From positions 1-32,349 of the forward strand of contig JBDREN010000019.1 of NCBI GenBank assembly GCA_043819795.1: 32,349 bases of DNA, in the 5' to 3' direction. Shown piece by piece: positions 9,435 through 21,400 of the stretch. Under the pieces are notes generated by a model. The model saw nothing but the letters and a program-made list of their open reading frames with translations. It was not told where the DNA came from and made no database searches. Position numbers and translations under genes: made by a program. The first letter of the stretch is position 1, and every line of letters begins with the position of its first letter. The stretch comes from Elusimicrobiota bacterium. GTDB lineage: Bacteria; Elusimicrobiota; Elusimicrobia; UBA1565.

Positions 9435-12400
9435 GTAGACGTATGAGCTGATCTCCACGCTCCAGGAGCTCCGGGCCAGGCCGAGGTCCACGGCCTGCAG
9501 GCGGAAGTAGTAGGTGGCGTCGCTCTTGAGGGCGTTTCCGAGCAGGTCGAGCCGGAGCGGGACCCCGTGCTTGGGCGAGGCGTCGCCCGGCCACACTCTG
9601 TAGGCCGGCCTCAGATAGTGGCCCAGGAGGGGGGTGCCGTTGGCCCAGGGCAGGACGAAGCTCGACGGCCCGGTGATGCGCCGCCCGTCGGCGGATACCG
9701 AGATGGGCTGCGTGGCCATGGCCAGGGCGTAGTAGACGGTCGTGGTCGCGCCGTTTCCGTCGTAGTCTCCCGCGTCCCACTTGACGGTCAGCGTGCTCGT
9801 GTCCGTGCCGTACTCCAGGCCGAGGTCCGAGGCCGAGAGGGACGGCGAGGAGGGCGCCGCGTTCACCGTGCCCGTGTCGTTGCGCACGATGAAGTCGTCG
9901 GCCCCCGACTCGCCCACCGCCAGGTCCGGGTCGCCGTCCCCGTCGAGGTCTCCCCAGGCCGCGGCGAAGGAGTCGCCGCCCGTCTCCCTCAGGGCGAGCT
10001 TCGCGAACGTGCCGTCGCCGTTGTTGTAGGCGATGTAGTCGAGCTCGAAGTTGTTGGCCACGACCAGGTCCAGGTCCCCGTCCGAGTCGTGGTCCGCGCA
10101 GGCGATATCGAAGGAGAAGCCGCCGGTCCCGGCGATAGCCACCTTCGTGAACGTCCCGCCGCCGTCATTGCGCGCCACGTATTCGTCCTGGTTGTTCGTG
10201 TTGGCCACGGCCAGGTCCAGGTCCCCGTCGTTGTCGTAGTCGCCCCAGGCGAGCGCGGTCGAGTTGTCGCCCGTCCCGTCCAGCGACGTGGTCTTCGTGA
10301 AGGTGCCGTCCCCGTTGTTGCGGGCTATGTACTCGTCCTGGTTGCCGTCGCCGTTGGCCACCGCGAGGTCGAGGTCCCCGTCGTTGTCGTAGTCTGCCCA
10401 GGCCAGGTCCTTGGAGTTCCCGCCGGTGCCGGTCAGGGTGATCTTCGTGAAGGTCCCGCCGCCCTCGTTGCGGGCGAGATACTCGTCCTCTCCGAGGGCG
10501 TTGGCCACGGCTAGGTCCAGGTCCCCGTCGTTGTCGTAGTCGCCCCAGGCCACGGCTTTGGAGTTGCCGCCGAACCCGGTCAGAGCAATCTTCGTGAACG
10601 CGCCGCCGTCGTTGCGGAGCAGGTAGTTGTCCTGGCCTCCGGCCTCGGCCACCGCCAGGTCCGGGTCGCCGTCGTTGTCGTAGTCGCCCCAGGCCAGGCC
10701 CGAGGAGAACACGTCGGTGCCGGCCACGGTGAAGGTCGAGAAGAAGCCGCCCCCGTCGTTGCGGGCGATGTAGTCCTCCCGGCTGTTCGTGTTGGCCACC
10801 GCGAAGTCCAGGTCGCCGTCGTTGTCGTAGTCCGCCCAGGCGACGTCGTAGGCGTCGCCGCTCGAGCCGAAGAGCGCCTGGATGTAGCTCTGGGCCGTGG
10901 CCGGGTTGGATAGCGAGGACCGGACGCCCATGCCGTCGGTGGTCGTGATGCCGAAATAGTAGGTGGCGGCGGCGTCGAAGAACTCGAAGGTGTACGCCTG
11001 CGGATCGCCGGGGCTGACGGAGGTGGCGATGACCACGCTGACCGGAGCGTTCGCGAAGGCGCCGGTGCTCGTCATCGGCGTGAAGGTCGAGTAGCGGATG
11101 TCGAACGCTCCGGCGGTGATCGCGCCCGCGCGGCCGCTGTCCCCGGGGGCCGTCCAGGTGAGCGTGACCGTCATCGAGCTCGCCCCGAGGCCGGTGGAGA
11201 CGATGGCGCTGACCCTGAGGTCCGTGACCCCCGCGGGCGCCACGACCTCGGTCGTCTGCTCGGCCGATTCGGGGCTGCGCCGCAGCTCGCCGTCCTCGGT
11301 CGCGACCGCCCAGTAGGCCGTGGTCTCTTTTTGGAGGACTATCTTCATCCCGCGTTGTGAGGAGGAGATCTTCGTGCTGTAGAGGAAGGAGCCGCCGGAG
11401 AGGCCGTCGTGTCCGTGGCGGGCCGGGAGCTTCAGCGTCGTGCTGCTTCCCGCCACCGTCGTGCCCACCCGAACCAGGTAGCGCAGCGAGGCGGTGGAGT
11501 TCTCCACGTCGGAGCCGTCGCCCCAGCCGAGAGTCAGGACGCCGGAGCTGGAGAACTCGGAGTACTCGCTGAAGGAGTCGGAGAACCCGGAGGAGGGGGC
11601 GGCGGGATCGTTGTGGGCCAGGTCCGCGTCGTTGCGCGCGAGGTATTCGTCGTCGCTGTTCGTGTTGGCCACGGCGAGGTCCAGGTCCCCATCGTCGTCG
11701 TAGTCGCCCCAGGAGATGCCGACCGAGTTTCCGCCCGTTCCCGTCAGCGTGAGCTTCGAGAAGGCGCCGTCGCCGTTGTTGCGCGCGAGGTAACCGTCGT
11801 CGCCGTAGTTGGCCACGGCGAGATCCAAGTCCCCGTCGTTGTCGTAATCGCCCCAGGACACGCCCTGGGAGTAGCCGCCCGTTCCGCTCAAGACGACGCG
11901 GGTGAAGGTCCCGCCGCCGTCGTTGCGCGCGACGTATTCGTCCTCCGTCCCGGCGTTGGCCACGGCCAGATCCAGGTCCCCGTCGTTGTCGTAATCGCCC
12001 CATGCCAGGCCCACCGAGTCCCCGCCCGTCCCGCTCAGGACGATCCGCGTGAAGGTCCCGCTCCCGTCGTTGCGCGCGATGTATTCGTTCTCGCCGGCCT
12101 GGTTCGCCACCGCCAGGTCCAGGTCTCCGTCGTTGTCGTAGTCGCCCCAGGCGACTCCCATGGAGTCGCCGCCCGTCCCGGTCAAGGTGAACGTCGAGAA
12201 CGTCCCGTCCCCGTTGTTGCGAGCGATGAATTCGTCCTCCGTGCCTCGGTTGGCCACGGCCAGGTCCGGGTCCCCGTCGTTGTCGTAGTCGCCCCAGGCG
12301 ATGCCCGCGGAGTTCCCTCCCGAGCCCGACAGGCTTATCCGGGTGAAGGCTCCGCCTCCGTCGTTGCGGGCGACGTATCCGTCCTCGCCGTTCGTGTTGG

Positions 12401-15400
12401 AAACGGCCAGGTCGAGGTCTCCATCGTTGTCGAAGTCGCCCCAGGCGATGCCGTAGGAGTCTCCGCCCATGCCCGCCAGGGTGAACGTCGAGAACGTGCC
12501 GTCCCCGTTGTTGTGTGCGATGTATTCGTCCTGGCCGTTGCGGTTCGCCACGGCCGGGTCCAGGTCCCCGTCGGCGTCGTAGTCGCCCCAGGCGGCCCCC
12601 ATCGAGTTCCCGACGGTGCCGGCCAGGACCCGGATGTAGCTCTGCGCGGTGGCGGCGTTGGAGAGCGCGGAGCGCACGCCGAGGCCGTCTTTGGTCGTGA
12701 TCGCGAAGTAGTGGGTCGTCGTGTAGTCCAGGCCCGTCAGCGTATGGACCTGCCCGTCGCCCGGGCTCACGGAGGTGGCCAAGACCACCGCGTACGACGC
12801 GTTGACGAAGGCGCCCGCGCTGGTCATCGGGGTGAACGTCGAGTAGCGGATCTCGAACGCGCCGCCCGTGATGGCGCCCAGGTAGCCGCTGTCGCCCGGA
12901 GCGGTCCACGTGAGGGTCACGGACATGGTGCTGAAGCCCAGCCCTCCCTCGGTGATCGTCGCATGGAGGTCGGTGACCGCGTCGGGCGCGGCGACCTCGG
13001 TCGTCTGCTCCGCGGACTCGGGGCTGCGCAGCGACTCCCCGTCCTCGGTGAGCACGGCCCAGTAGGCGGTCGTCTCTTTCTGGAAGATGAGCTTCATTCC
13101 CCGCTGGGAGGAGGAGATCTTCGTGCTGTAGAGGAAAGAGCCGCCGGAGTAGCCGTCGGTGCTGTAGCGGGCCGGGAGCTTGAACGTTGTGCTGCTCCCC
13201 GCGACCGTGGTCCCCAACCTCACGAAGTACCGCAAAGAACCGGTGGAGTTCTCGACGTCCGAGCCGTCGTCCCACTGCACGCTCAATACGCCGGAGCTGG
13301 AGAATTCGGAGTACTCGCTGAACGAGGCCGAGAACCCTGATCCGGGCGCGCTCGGACTGTTGTGCGCGATCACGATATCGTTGCGCGCGAGATACTGATC
13401 CTCGGCGAAGTTGGCGACCGCCAAGTCCAGGTCCCCGTCGTCGTCGTAGTCTCCCCAGGAGATGCCCACCGACTCCCCGCCCGCGTTGATCAGCGTGAAT
13501 GTCGAGAACGTCCCGCTGCCGTCGTTGCGCGCGACGTATCCATCCTGGCCGCTGCCGTTGGCCACGGCCAGGTCCAGGTCCCCGTCGTTGTCGTAGTCGC
13601 CCCAGACGATGCCAAGCGAGTCCCCGCCCGTGCCGGTGAGCGTGACCTTCGTGAAAGTCCCGCCGCCGTCGTTTCTCGCGATGTACTCGTCCTCGCCGCC
13701 GTGATTGGCCACGGCCAGGTCCAGGTCCCCGTCGTCGTCGTAGTCGCCCCAGGCCAGGCCGTAGGAGCTTCCGCCGGTGCCGGTCAGCGTGAAGGTGGAG
13801 AACGTGCCGTCCCCGTTGTTCTGCGCGATGTACTCGTCCTGGCCGCCGTCGTTGGCCACGGCGAGGTCGAGGTCCCCGTCGTTGTCGTAGTCGCCCCAGG
13901 CGATGCCCGCGGAGTTCCCTCCCGAGCCCGTCAGAGTGAATGTGGAGAACGAGCCGTCTCCGTCGTTACGGGCGATGAACGTGTCCTGGCCGCCGTCGTT
14001 GGCCACGGCGAGGTCCAGGTCCCCGTCGTTGTCGTAGTCGCCCCAGGCGATGCCGCTGGAGTTTCCGCCGGATCCGTTCAGAACGAGTTTCGTGAAGACC
14101 CCGGCCCCGTCGTTGCGGGCGACGTATTCGTCCTCCGTCCCGGCGTTGGCCACCGCGAGGTCCAGGTCCCCGTCGTTGTCGAAGTCGCCCCAGGCGATCG
14201 CTGCGGAATCTCCGGCCGTCCCGGTCAACGTGAAGGTCGAGAAGGTCCCGTCCCCGTTGTTCTCCGCGATGTACTCGTCCTGGCCGGAGGCGTTGGCCGC
14301 CACGAGGTCGAGGTCGCCGTCGTTGTCGAAGTCGCCCCAAGCCGCGCCCATCGAGTCCCCGCTCATGCCGGCCAAGACCTCGATGTAGCTTTCCGCCGTC
14401 GTGGCGTTGGAAAGCGGGGATCGCACGCCGAGGCCGTCTTTGGTCGTGATGGCGAAGTAGTGGGTCGCGCTGTAGTCCAGGCCGGTCAACGTGTGGACCT
14501 GGGCATCGCCGGGGCTGACGGAGGTGGCGATGGCGACTCTGTACGACGCGTTCGCGAAGGCGGCCGTGCTGGTCATCGGGGTGAACGTCGAGTAGCGGAT
14601 GTCATACTCGCCGCCGGTGATGGCGCCGGCGTAGACGGCGTCGCCGGGCGCGGTCCAGGTGAGGGTCACCGACATGGTGCTGGCGCCGAGCCCGTCGGCG
14701 GAAAGCGCCGCGTACAGGTCGGTTACGGCCGCGGGCGCGACGAGCGAGGTCGTCTGCTCGGCCGATTCGGGGCTGCGCAACGATTCGCCGTCTTCCGTCA
14801 CCACGGCCCAGTAGGCGGTGGACTCCTTTTGGAGGATCACCTCCAGACCGCGCTGGGAGGGGGAGACCTTCGTGCTATAGAGGAAAGAGCCGCCTCCCGA
14901 GAGGCCGTCCGTGCCGTAGAGCGGGGGGATTTTGATGGTCGTGCTGCTTCCCGCGACCGTGGTCCCTACCCGGACGAAATACCGCAGGGAGGCGGTGGAG
15001 TTCTCCACGTCGGAGCCGTCGTCCCACTGGACCCGCAGGACCCCGGAGCTCGAGAACTCGGAGTATTCGCTGAACGACGCCGCGAAGCCCGCGGCGGGCG
15101 CGCTGGGGCTGTTGTGCGCGATGACGGCGTCGTTGCGGGCGATGTAGGTGTCCTGGCCGGAGTAGTTCGCCACGGCCAGGTCCAGGTCCCCGTCGCCGTC
15201 GTAGTCTCCCCAGGAGAGGGCCACGGAGTTCCTTCCCGTGCTCTGCAGCGTGAACCGGGTGAAGGTCCCGCCTCCGTCGTTGCGCGCTACGTACTCGTCG
15301 GCCCCGCCGTATTTGGCCACGGCGAGGTCCAGGTCGCCGTCGTTGTCGTAGTCTCCCCAGGCGATGGCGAAGGAGTTGCCGCCGCTGCCCGCCAGGGTGA

Positions 15401-18400
15401 ACGTCGAGAACGTCCCGCCCCCGTCGTTGCGCGCGATGTATTCGTCTCCGTTGCTGACCGCCGCGGCCAAGTCCAGGTCCCCGTCGTTGTCGTAGTCGCC
15501 CCAGGCGATGCCGCGGGAGTCCACATCCGTCCCGGTCAGCGTGAAGGTCGAGAACGTGCCGCCGCCTTCGTTCCGGGCGATAGCGTCCTCATCCCCGTTG
15601 TAGTTCGCCACGGCCAGGTCCAGGTCCCCGTCGTTGTCGTAGTCTCCCCAGGCCACGCCGTAGGAGTTCCCGCCGGTGCCGGTCAGCGTGAAGGTCGAGA
15701 ACGTCCCGTCGCCGTTGTTTCGCGCGAGGGTCTCGTCCTGGCCGCTCTTGTTTGCCACGGCGAGGTCCAGGTCCCCGTCGTTGTCGTAGTCGCCCCAAGC
15801 CACGCCGTAGGAGTCCCCGCCGATGCCGGTCAGATCGAACCGCGTGAAGGAGCCGCCCCCGTCGTTGCGGGCTATGTATTCGTCCTGGCCTGAGAGGTTG
15901 GCCACCGCGAGGTCCAGGTCCCCGTCGCCGTCGTAGTCGGCCCAGGCCACGCCCGCCGAGTCGCCGGCCGTCCCGGTCAGCGTGAACGTGGAGAACGTGC
16001 CGTCGCCGTTGTTGCGCGCGATGAGTTCGTCCGCGCCGCTCCGGTTGGCCACGGCGAGGTCCAGGTCCCCGTCGCCGTCGTAGTCGCCCCACGCGAGCCC
16101 TTGGGAGTCCCCGCCCGAGCCGAGCAGGTCCACAACCTTGAAGACGCTGGGCGTGGTGGCTCCCAGGACCGTGAAGTGCGGCGCCCCGTTCCAGTTCAGG
16201 CTCCCGATGCGGAAGTGATACGGGACGTACGGCTCCAGGCCCGAGACGGTCAGGGTGCTGAGCTCCACGTTGGGCGTGGCCGAGGAGAAGAGCGCGCCCG
16301 TGAAGTCGGGCGCGGTGGACGCCTCCACCAGGTAGCCTTCGGCGGTGCTCGAGGAGCCTTCCTGGGCCGCCGTGGGCAGGGGCTCCCAGTTGACCGTCAC
16401 GCTGGTGACGAAGATCCCGAAGAACTGGTCGCTCGTGACGAGGTCGGCGAGCGTGGAGGTGGACGCCGGGGCGGCGTCGGTATAGGTGGTCACGTCCACC
16501 CACAGGGCCCCGGCCCGGATGTAGTAGGTCGTGTTCGGGGCCAGGCCCTGAGTCGTGAGCGTGGTCAAGGCCACGACGAAGGTGGCCGACGAGAGGATCG
16601 CGCCGGAGAAGTCGGGCGCGGTCGAGGCATCCACCGAGTAGCCGTCGGAGAATACCTGGCCCCAGGTCACCGTGATGCTCGATAGGTGGACCGCCGCCAC
16701 GGCGGGGCCGTCCGGCGGCCGGTCGGACCAGATGACGCTGACGCCTCCGCCGAGCTCGTCGTCATGGTCCTCGCCCCAGAGGGGCCCGTTCTCGCCCCGG
16801 AAGCGCCATTCCAGGTTCGAGTCGCCGGTTTCCACGCGCACGTTGTGGGCCGAGTCGAAGCCGTGCGAGGAGCGGGAGAGGCCGAAGGTCACGCTGTAGA
16901 AGGTGGCCGAGGAGGTAAGGTCCCGGGCGGTGATGTAGGCGTTGGTCCCGGAGGCGAAGCCGAGGTAGTCGAACACGGACGACGAGATGGCGACGCCGCC
17001 CGAGCCCGTGAGCTGCATGCCGCCGGGGTCCATGTTCGTCATGGACGAGTACTCGGCGGTGAAGGCCCCGGAGTCCACGAAGGTGTAGTACGTGCTTCCG
17101 GCCATCATGTCCACCAGCGTGTGCGTTCCCTTGATGCCGCGCAGGACGACGCCCGCGTCCGAGGCGAGCGCCAGCTTGGAGCGTCCGCCGCGGAAGGAGG
17201 CGGCCGCGGGTCCGAACAGCAGCCGCTTCTGGACGCTCGCGTCCCGCGAGGCGGCGAGCAGGGCGAAGTCGAGGCGGTCGCCCTCCTCGGGGGAGCCGCC
17301 GGGGGTGAAGTCCAGGCGGAACTGGGGGCTGCCGGGGGGGATGTCGCGGCCGGCCACGCTGCCCGGGAAGCCGTCCATGTCCACGCCCGACGAGGAGCCG
17401 TCCACGTGCCACTGGCCGCCGCGGTACTCGATGGTGATGAGCTGGCTCAGGGCTTGCGCGTCGTAGGTCTGGTCCAGGCTCGCCGAGTGGCCGCTTCCGC
17501 GCATGAGCTTGGGCACGGTCGTCGTGGACGCGTAGATCTGGGCGGAGTGGTCGAGGGTCAGCGTCTGTCCGGAGAGCGCGCAGTCTCCCCAGACGCGCAC
17601 CGTGCCCGTGTCGAGGTCCTGGTTGTAGGTGAGCAGGCAGTCGCCTCCCCGGTTGAACCCCTCGGTGGAGATGCCCACGGCCGGGTTGACGCGCGCGGCT
17701 TTGACGGTGAGGCTTTCGCTGTCCGAGGCGTCGAAGAATATCTCGGCGGAGGCGTTGGGCGCCGATGGCCCCGCCGGGTCGTAGCCGAGGCTCCCTTCGA
17801 TGAAGACGGTGTCCAGGGAGCCGCGCGTGGAGAGCCCGTATCCCGAGTTGGAGTAGACGTCGTTGGACACGAAGACGTTATCGTTGGAGTTGTAGAGATG
17901 GATGCCGCGGTCGGCGTTGGAGTGGACGCGGTTGGCGACGAACAGGTTGCCGTCCGAGGATCCGGAGGGATAGACGCCGAAGCTCGCGTTGGAGAAGAGG
18001 TCGTTGGACGCGAAGGTGTTGTCGTCGCAGCTGTTGAGGTAGACGCTCCAGTTCGAGTTGGAGTAGACCTTGTTGTGTGTCAGGAAGTTGTTGTCGGACG
18101 AGCTCTGCAGGAAGACGCCGTACCCGGCGTTCACGAACGAATGGTTGTATGAAACGGCGTTGCCGTTCGCCGCGTTGTCGAGGAAGACGCCGTGGCTCGC
18201 GTTGTTGTATAGGAGGTTGTGGGAGAACGTGTTCGCGTCCGCGCCGTTGACATAGATCCCGATATAGCCCTCCCGCATGGTGGAGCTCGAGATCGAGCCC
18301 TCCACCGCCGCGCCGTCGAAGGTGATCCCGTACTTGCCGGAGGCGTTGGCTCCCAGGTACTCGAACTCGCCGTAGGACAGGCTGAAGCTGGTCGCGTTGC

Positions 18401-21400
18401 GGGCCAGGTTGCGGATATAGGCGGTGTCGCCGGCCGTGTCGGTGCCCGAGGACCGGACCAGGACGTTGCGGGTGAGGTCGGACACGAGCGCGGCGCCCGT
18501 CGCGTAATGGACGGCCGAGAAGTTCGAGTCCACTGTTAGGAAGTTGGCCAAGGTGCCGCTGATCGTCTTCTTCTCGGTCGCGGAGGGGCCGCTGCCCTGG
18601 GTCGGCGCGAAGGTGGCGAGGTCGCCGGTCTCCCAGCCGAGCGAGGCGATGGTCTCGGCCAGGATCGCGGTGGTCTGGCCGGCCGAGATGTCGCTCGAGG
18701 GCGCGGCCGTCGGGGTCTTCGTGGCGCCGCGGACCGTGAAGTCGCCGCCGTCCTGGATGATCAGGCCGTACTGGCCGGCCGTCCGGCCCAGGGCCAGAAC
18801 GAGGTGCGCGTCGATGCCCGTCGGGATCGGGTCCGCTTCGGTGCCCAAGTCCAGGTGGCCGCCCGCCTCCACCGTGAGGTCGCCCTCGACCATGGTCAGG
18901 CTCGAGTGGCTCACGCGGCTGAACTTCAAGGTCCCCTGGACGGTCATGGTGGACGCTGTCGCGGCCGTGTCGTCCACCGTCACGGTATCTCCCGCCGCCA
19001 CCGTGACCGCGTTGCAGTCGGTGGGCACGAAGCCCAGCTCCCAGGTCGAGCCCGAGGACCACGCTCCGTCCTGGGCGCTGACCAGCGACCGGCAGCCCCA
19101 GCCCACCTTGTTGGCCGGCTCCTCGTCGAAGTCCTCGCCCCACAGCGTGCCGACCCTGCCGACGAAGAGCCACTGGAGATTGGAGTCGTCTCCCTCCACC
19201 CGGACGTTATAGGCGGAGTCGAAGCCGTGCGAGGAGCGCGAGAGCTTGAAGCCGACCTGATCGAGGGTGATCTGGGACGAGAGGTCGCGCGCCGTGATGT
19301 ACGCGTTGGTGCCGGAGGCCAGGCCCATGTAGTCGAACACCGTCGTCGAGATGAATACCCCGGCCGAGCCGGAGAGCTGCAGGCCGCGGGGGTCCATGTT
19401 CGTCATCGAGGAGTAGTCGGCGGTGAAGGCGCCCGAGTCCACGAAGGTGTAGTAGGTGCTTCCGGAGAGCATGTCCACCAGGGTATGCGCGCCGTCCACC
19501 CCTCTGAGCACGATCCCGCCGTCGGCGGCCACGGTGAGCTGGGAGCGGCCCTCGCGGAAGGAGGACGCTCCGGGCCCGAAGAGCAGGCGCTTCTGCGCGC
19601 TCTGGTCCTGCGAGGCGGCGATCAGGGCGAAGTCCACGCGGTCGCCCTCCGCCGCCGAGCCGCCGTCCGTGAAGTCCAGGCGGAACTGGGAGTTCGCCGC
19701 GGGGATGTCCTGGTCCGTCACGCTTCCCGGGAAGCTCTCCATATCGGCTCCGGAGACCGAGCCGTCCACGTGCCACAGCCCGGCGCGGTGCTCGATGGTG
19801 ATGAGCTGGCTCACGGCCTCGGCGTCGTAGCTCAGGACCACGCCGGCCGAGTGGCCGCTTCCCCGCATGAGCCTGGGCGCCGCGGCCGTGGAGGCGTATA
19901 GCCGGGTAGCGTAGTCCAAGGTCAGGGTGCTTCCCGAGATCGCGTAGTCGCCCCAGAGTCGGATCGTGCCCGTGTCCGAGTCCTGGGCGTAGGAGATGAC
20001 GTAGTTGCCTTCCTTGTTGAAGCCGTCGGCGGACACGCCGGTCGCCGGATTCACGCGGACGTCTTTGAGGGTGAGCTCGCCCGTGTCCGCGGCGTTGATC
20101 AGGATTTCTGCCGAGGAGTTGGGAGCGGGAGTCCCCGACGCGTCGTAGCCGAAACTGCCTCCGACGACGACGGTGTCGAAGGCGTCCAGGATGATGATGC
20201 CGTAGTCCGTGTTCGAGAAGGAGTCGTTCGAGATCAACGTGTTGCCGATAGCCCAGTCGGCCAGGTAGAAACCGTAGCTCAGGTTGGCGTATGCGTTGTT
20301 CGAGACAAACGTGTTGGTGGACGCGGCCGAGCCATGGATGTAGTAGCCATAGCCTAGGTTGGAGTGAGAGTCGTTGGAGGACAAGGTGTTATGGGACGAA
20401 TTATCGATATCGAAGCCGATCCCCGCGTTCGAGTAGGAGCTGTTGGAGTCGATGATGTTATGGTTGGATTCGTTGAGACAGACGCCGCAGTTCGAGCCCG
20501 CGTTCGAGTAGGAATAGTTGCCGGCGACAGTGTTGTTGGATGCGACATTGAGCCGGATGCCGTAGAGCGAGTTCGAGACCAGGTTATTGTAGGCGAAGGT
20601 GTTGTTGGACGAGTTCTCCGCATAGATGCCGTCCAACGCGTTCTCATAGGCCAGGTTATGCGTGAAGGTGTTGCTGGACGCTCCCATCACGACGATGCCG
20701 CCGTATCCCTGGCGGACGGTGCAGCTGGAGACCGAGCCTCGGACGCCCGCCCCGTCGAAGGTGATCCCGTATTTTGACGCCGCCATGGTCCCGAGGTGGG
20801 CGAACTCGCCGTAGGCGAGGCTGAAGCTGGTCGCGTTCGCGGTGAGGTTCCGGATGTACGCGGTATCGCCGCTGGTATCGGTGCCCGAGGACCGGACCAG
20901 GACGTTCCGCGTCAGGTTGGCCACGACGATGGGACTCGTGCCGGTGAGCACGCGTGCGTTCGTGAGCCCGCCGCTCCAATCGATGGTCAGCGTGCCGCCG
21001 CCGCTGATGCCGGTGATGATCCTTTCTTCGGTGCTGGAGGCGCCGTTGCCGCTTGTCGGCCCGATGGTGATGGTGTCGCCCACCGTCCAGCCGGTGGCGC
21101 CGTCGATCGAGACCGTGAGGCTCGTCCCGCCGGCGGAGATGCTTCCCAGGGCGAAGCCGTAAGGCGACTTGGTTGACCCTCGGACCGTGAAGTTCCCGCC
21201 GTCCTGGACGATGAGGCCGTACTGGCCGGCCACCGTGCCCGAAGCAAGGACGAGATGGGCGGTGGTCCCCGCCGGGATCGGATCGGCCTCGGTTCCCATA
21301 TCCAGGTGGCCGCCCGGCTCGATGGTGAGGTCGCTCTCGGCGATGGTCAGGCTCGAATGAGCCACGCGGCTGAAGGCGAGCGTTCCCGAGACCGTGGTCG

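Larger units (their letters stand above)
10890..15128 (-). repeat. Three copies of an inter-propeller FN3-like pair (15128-14391, 13376-12642, 11627-10890); propeller + pair module period ~1750 nt
   Basis: Each copy has AHN.P.AP...FSEYSEFSSSGVL...W.DGSDVENST.SLRY.VR.GTT...YWAV.TEDGE..RSPESAEQTT, then VTLTWTAPGD...G..[DE]IRYSTFTPMTS...YF.ITT.DG.GVRS.LSN. Propeller starts are 1755, 1749 and 1752 nt apart. Confidence 0.85.

Noticed and set aside
10165..13275. 1036-aa minus-strand alternative-frame ORF, and similar ones at 21658-23988, 24013-26475 and 6400-7941
   Set aside because: Low-complexity Arg-rich shadow ORFs; stops are rare because of the high GC and repeated codon patterns.
11409..15893. 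Long plus-strand ORFs (643 aa, 843 aa) and the many other antisense ORFs
   Set aside because: Antisense mirrors of the repeats (VVVVAPG from GAC/TAC/AAC codons) with no independent domain signal.
9876..16145. ~147-nt periodic DNA repeat resembling a CRISPR array
   Set aside because: The repeats are in-frame coding units with synonymous variation, the 'spacers' are homologous to each other, and no cas genes are present.
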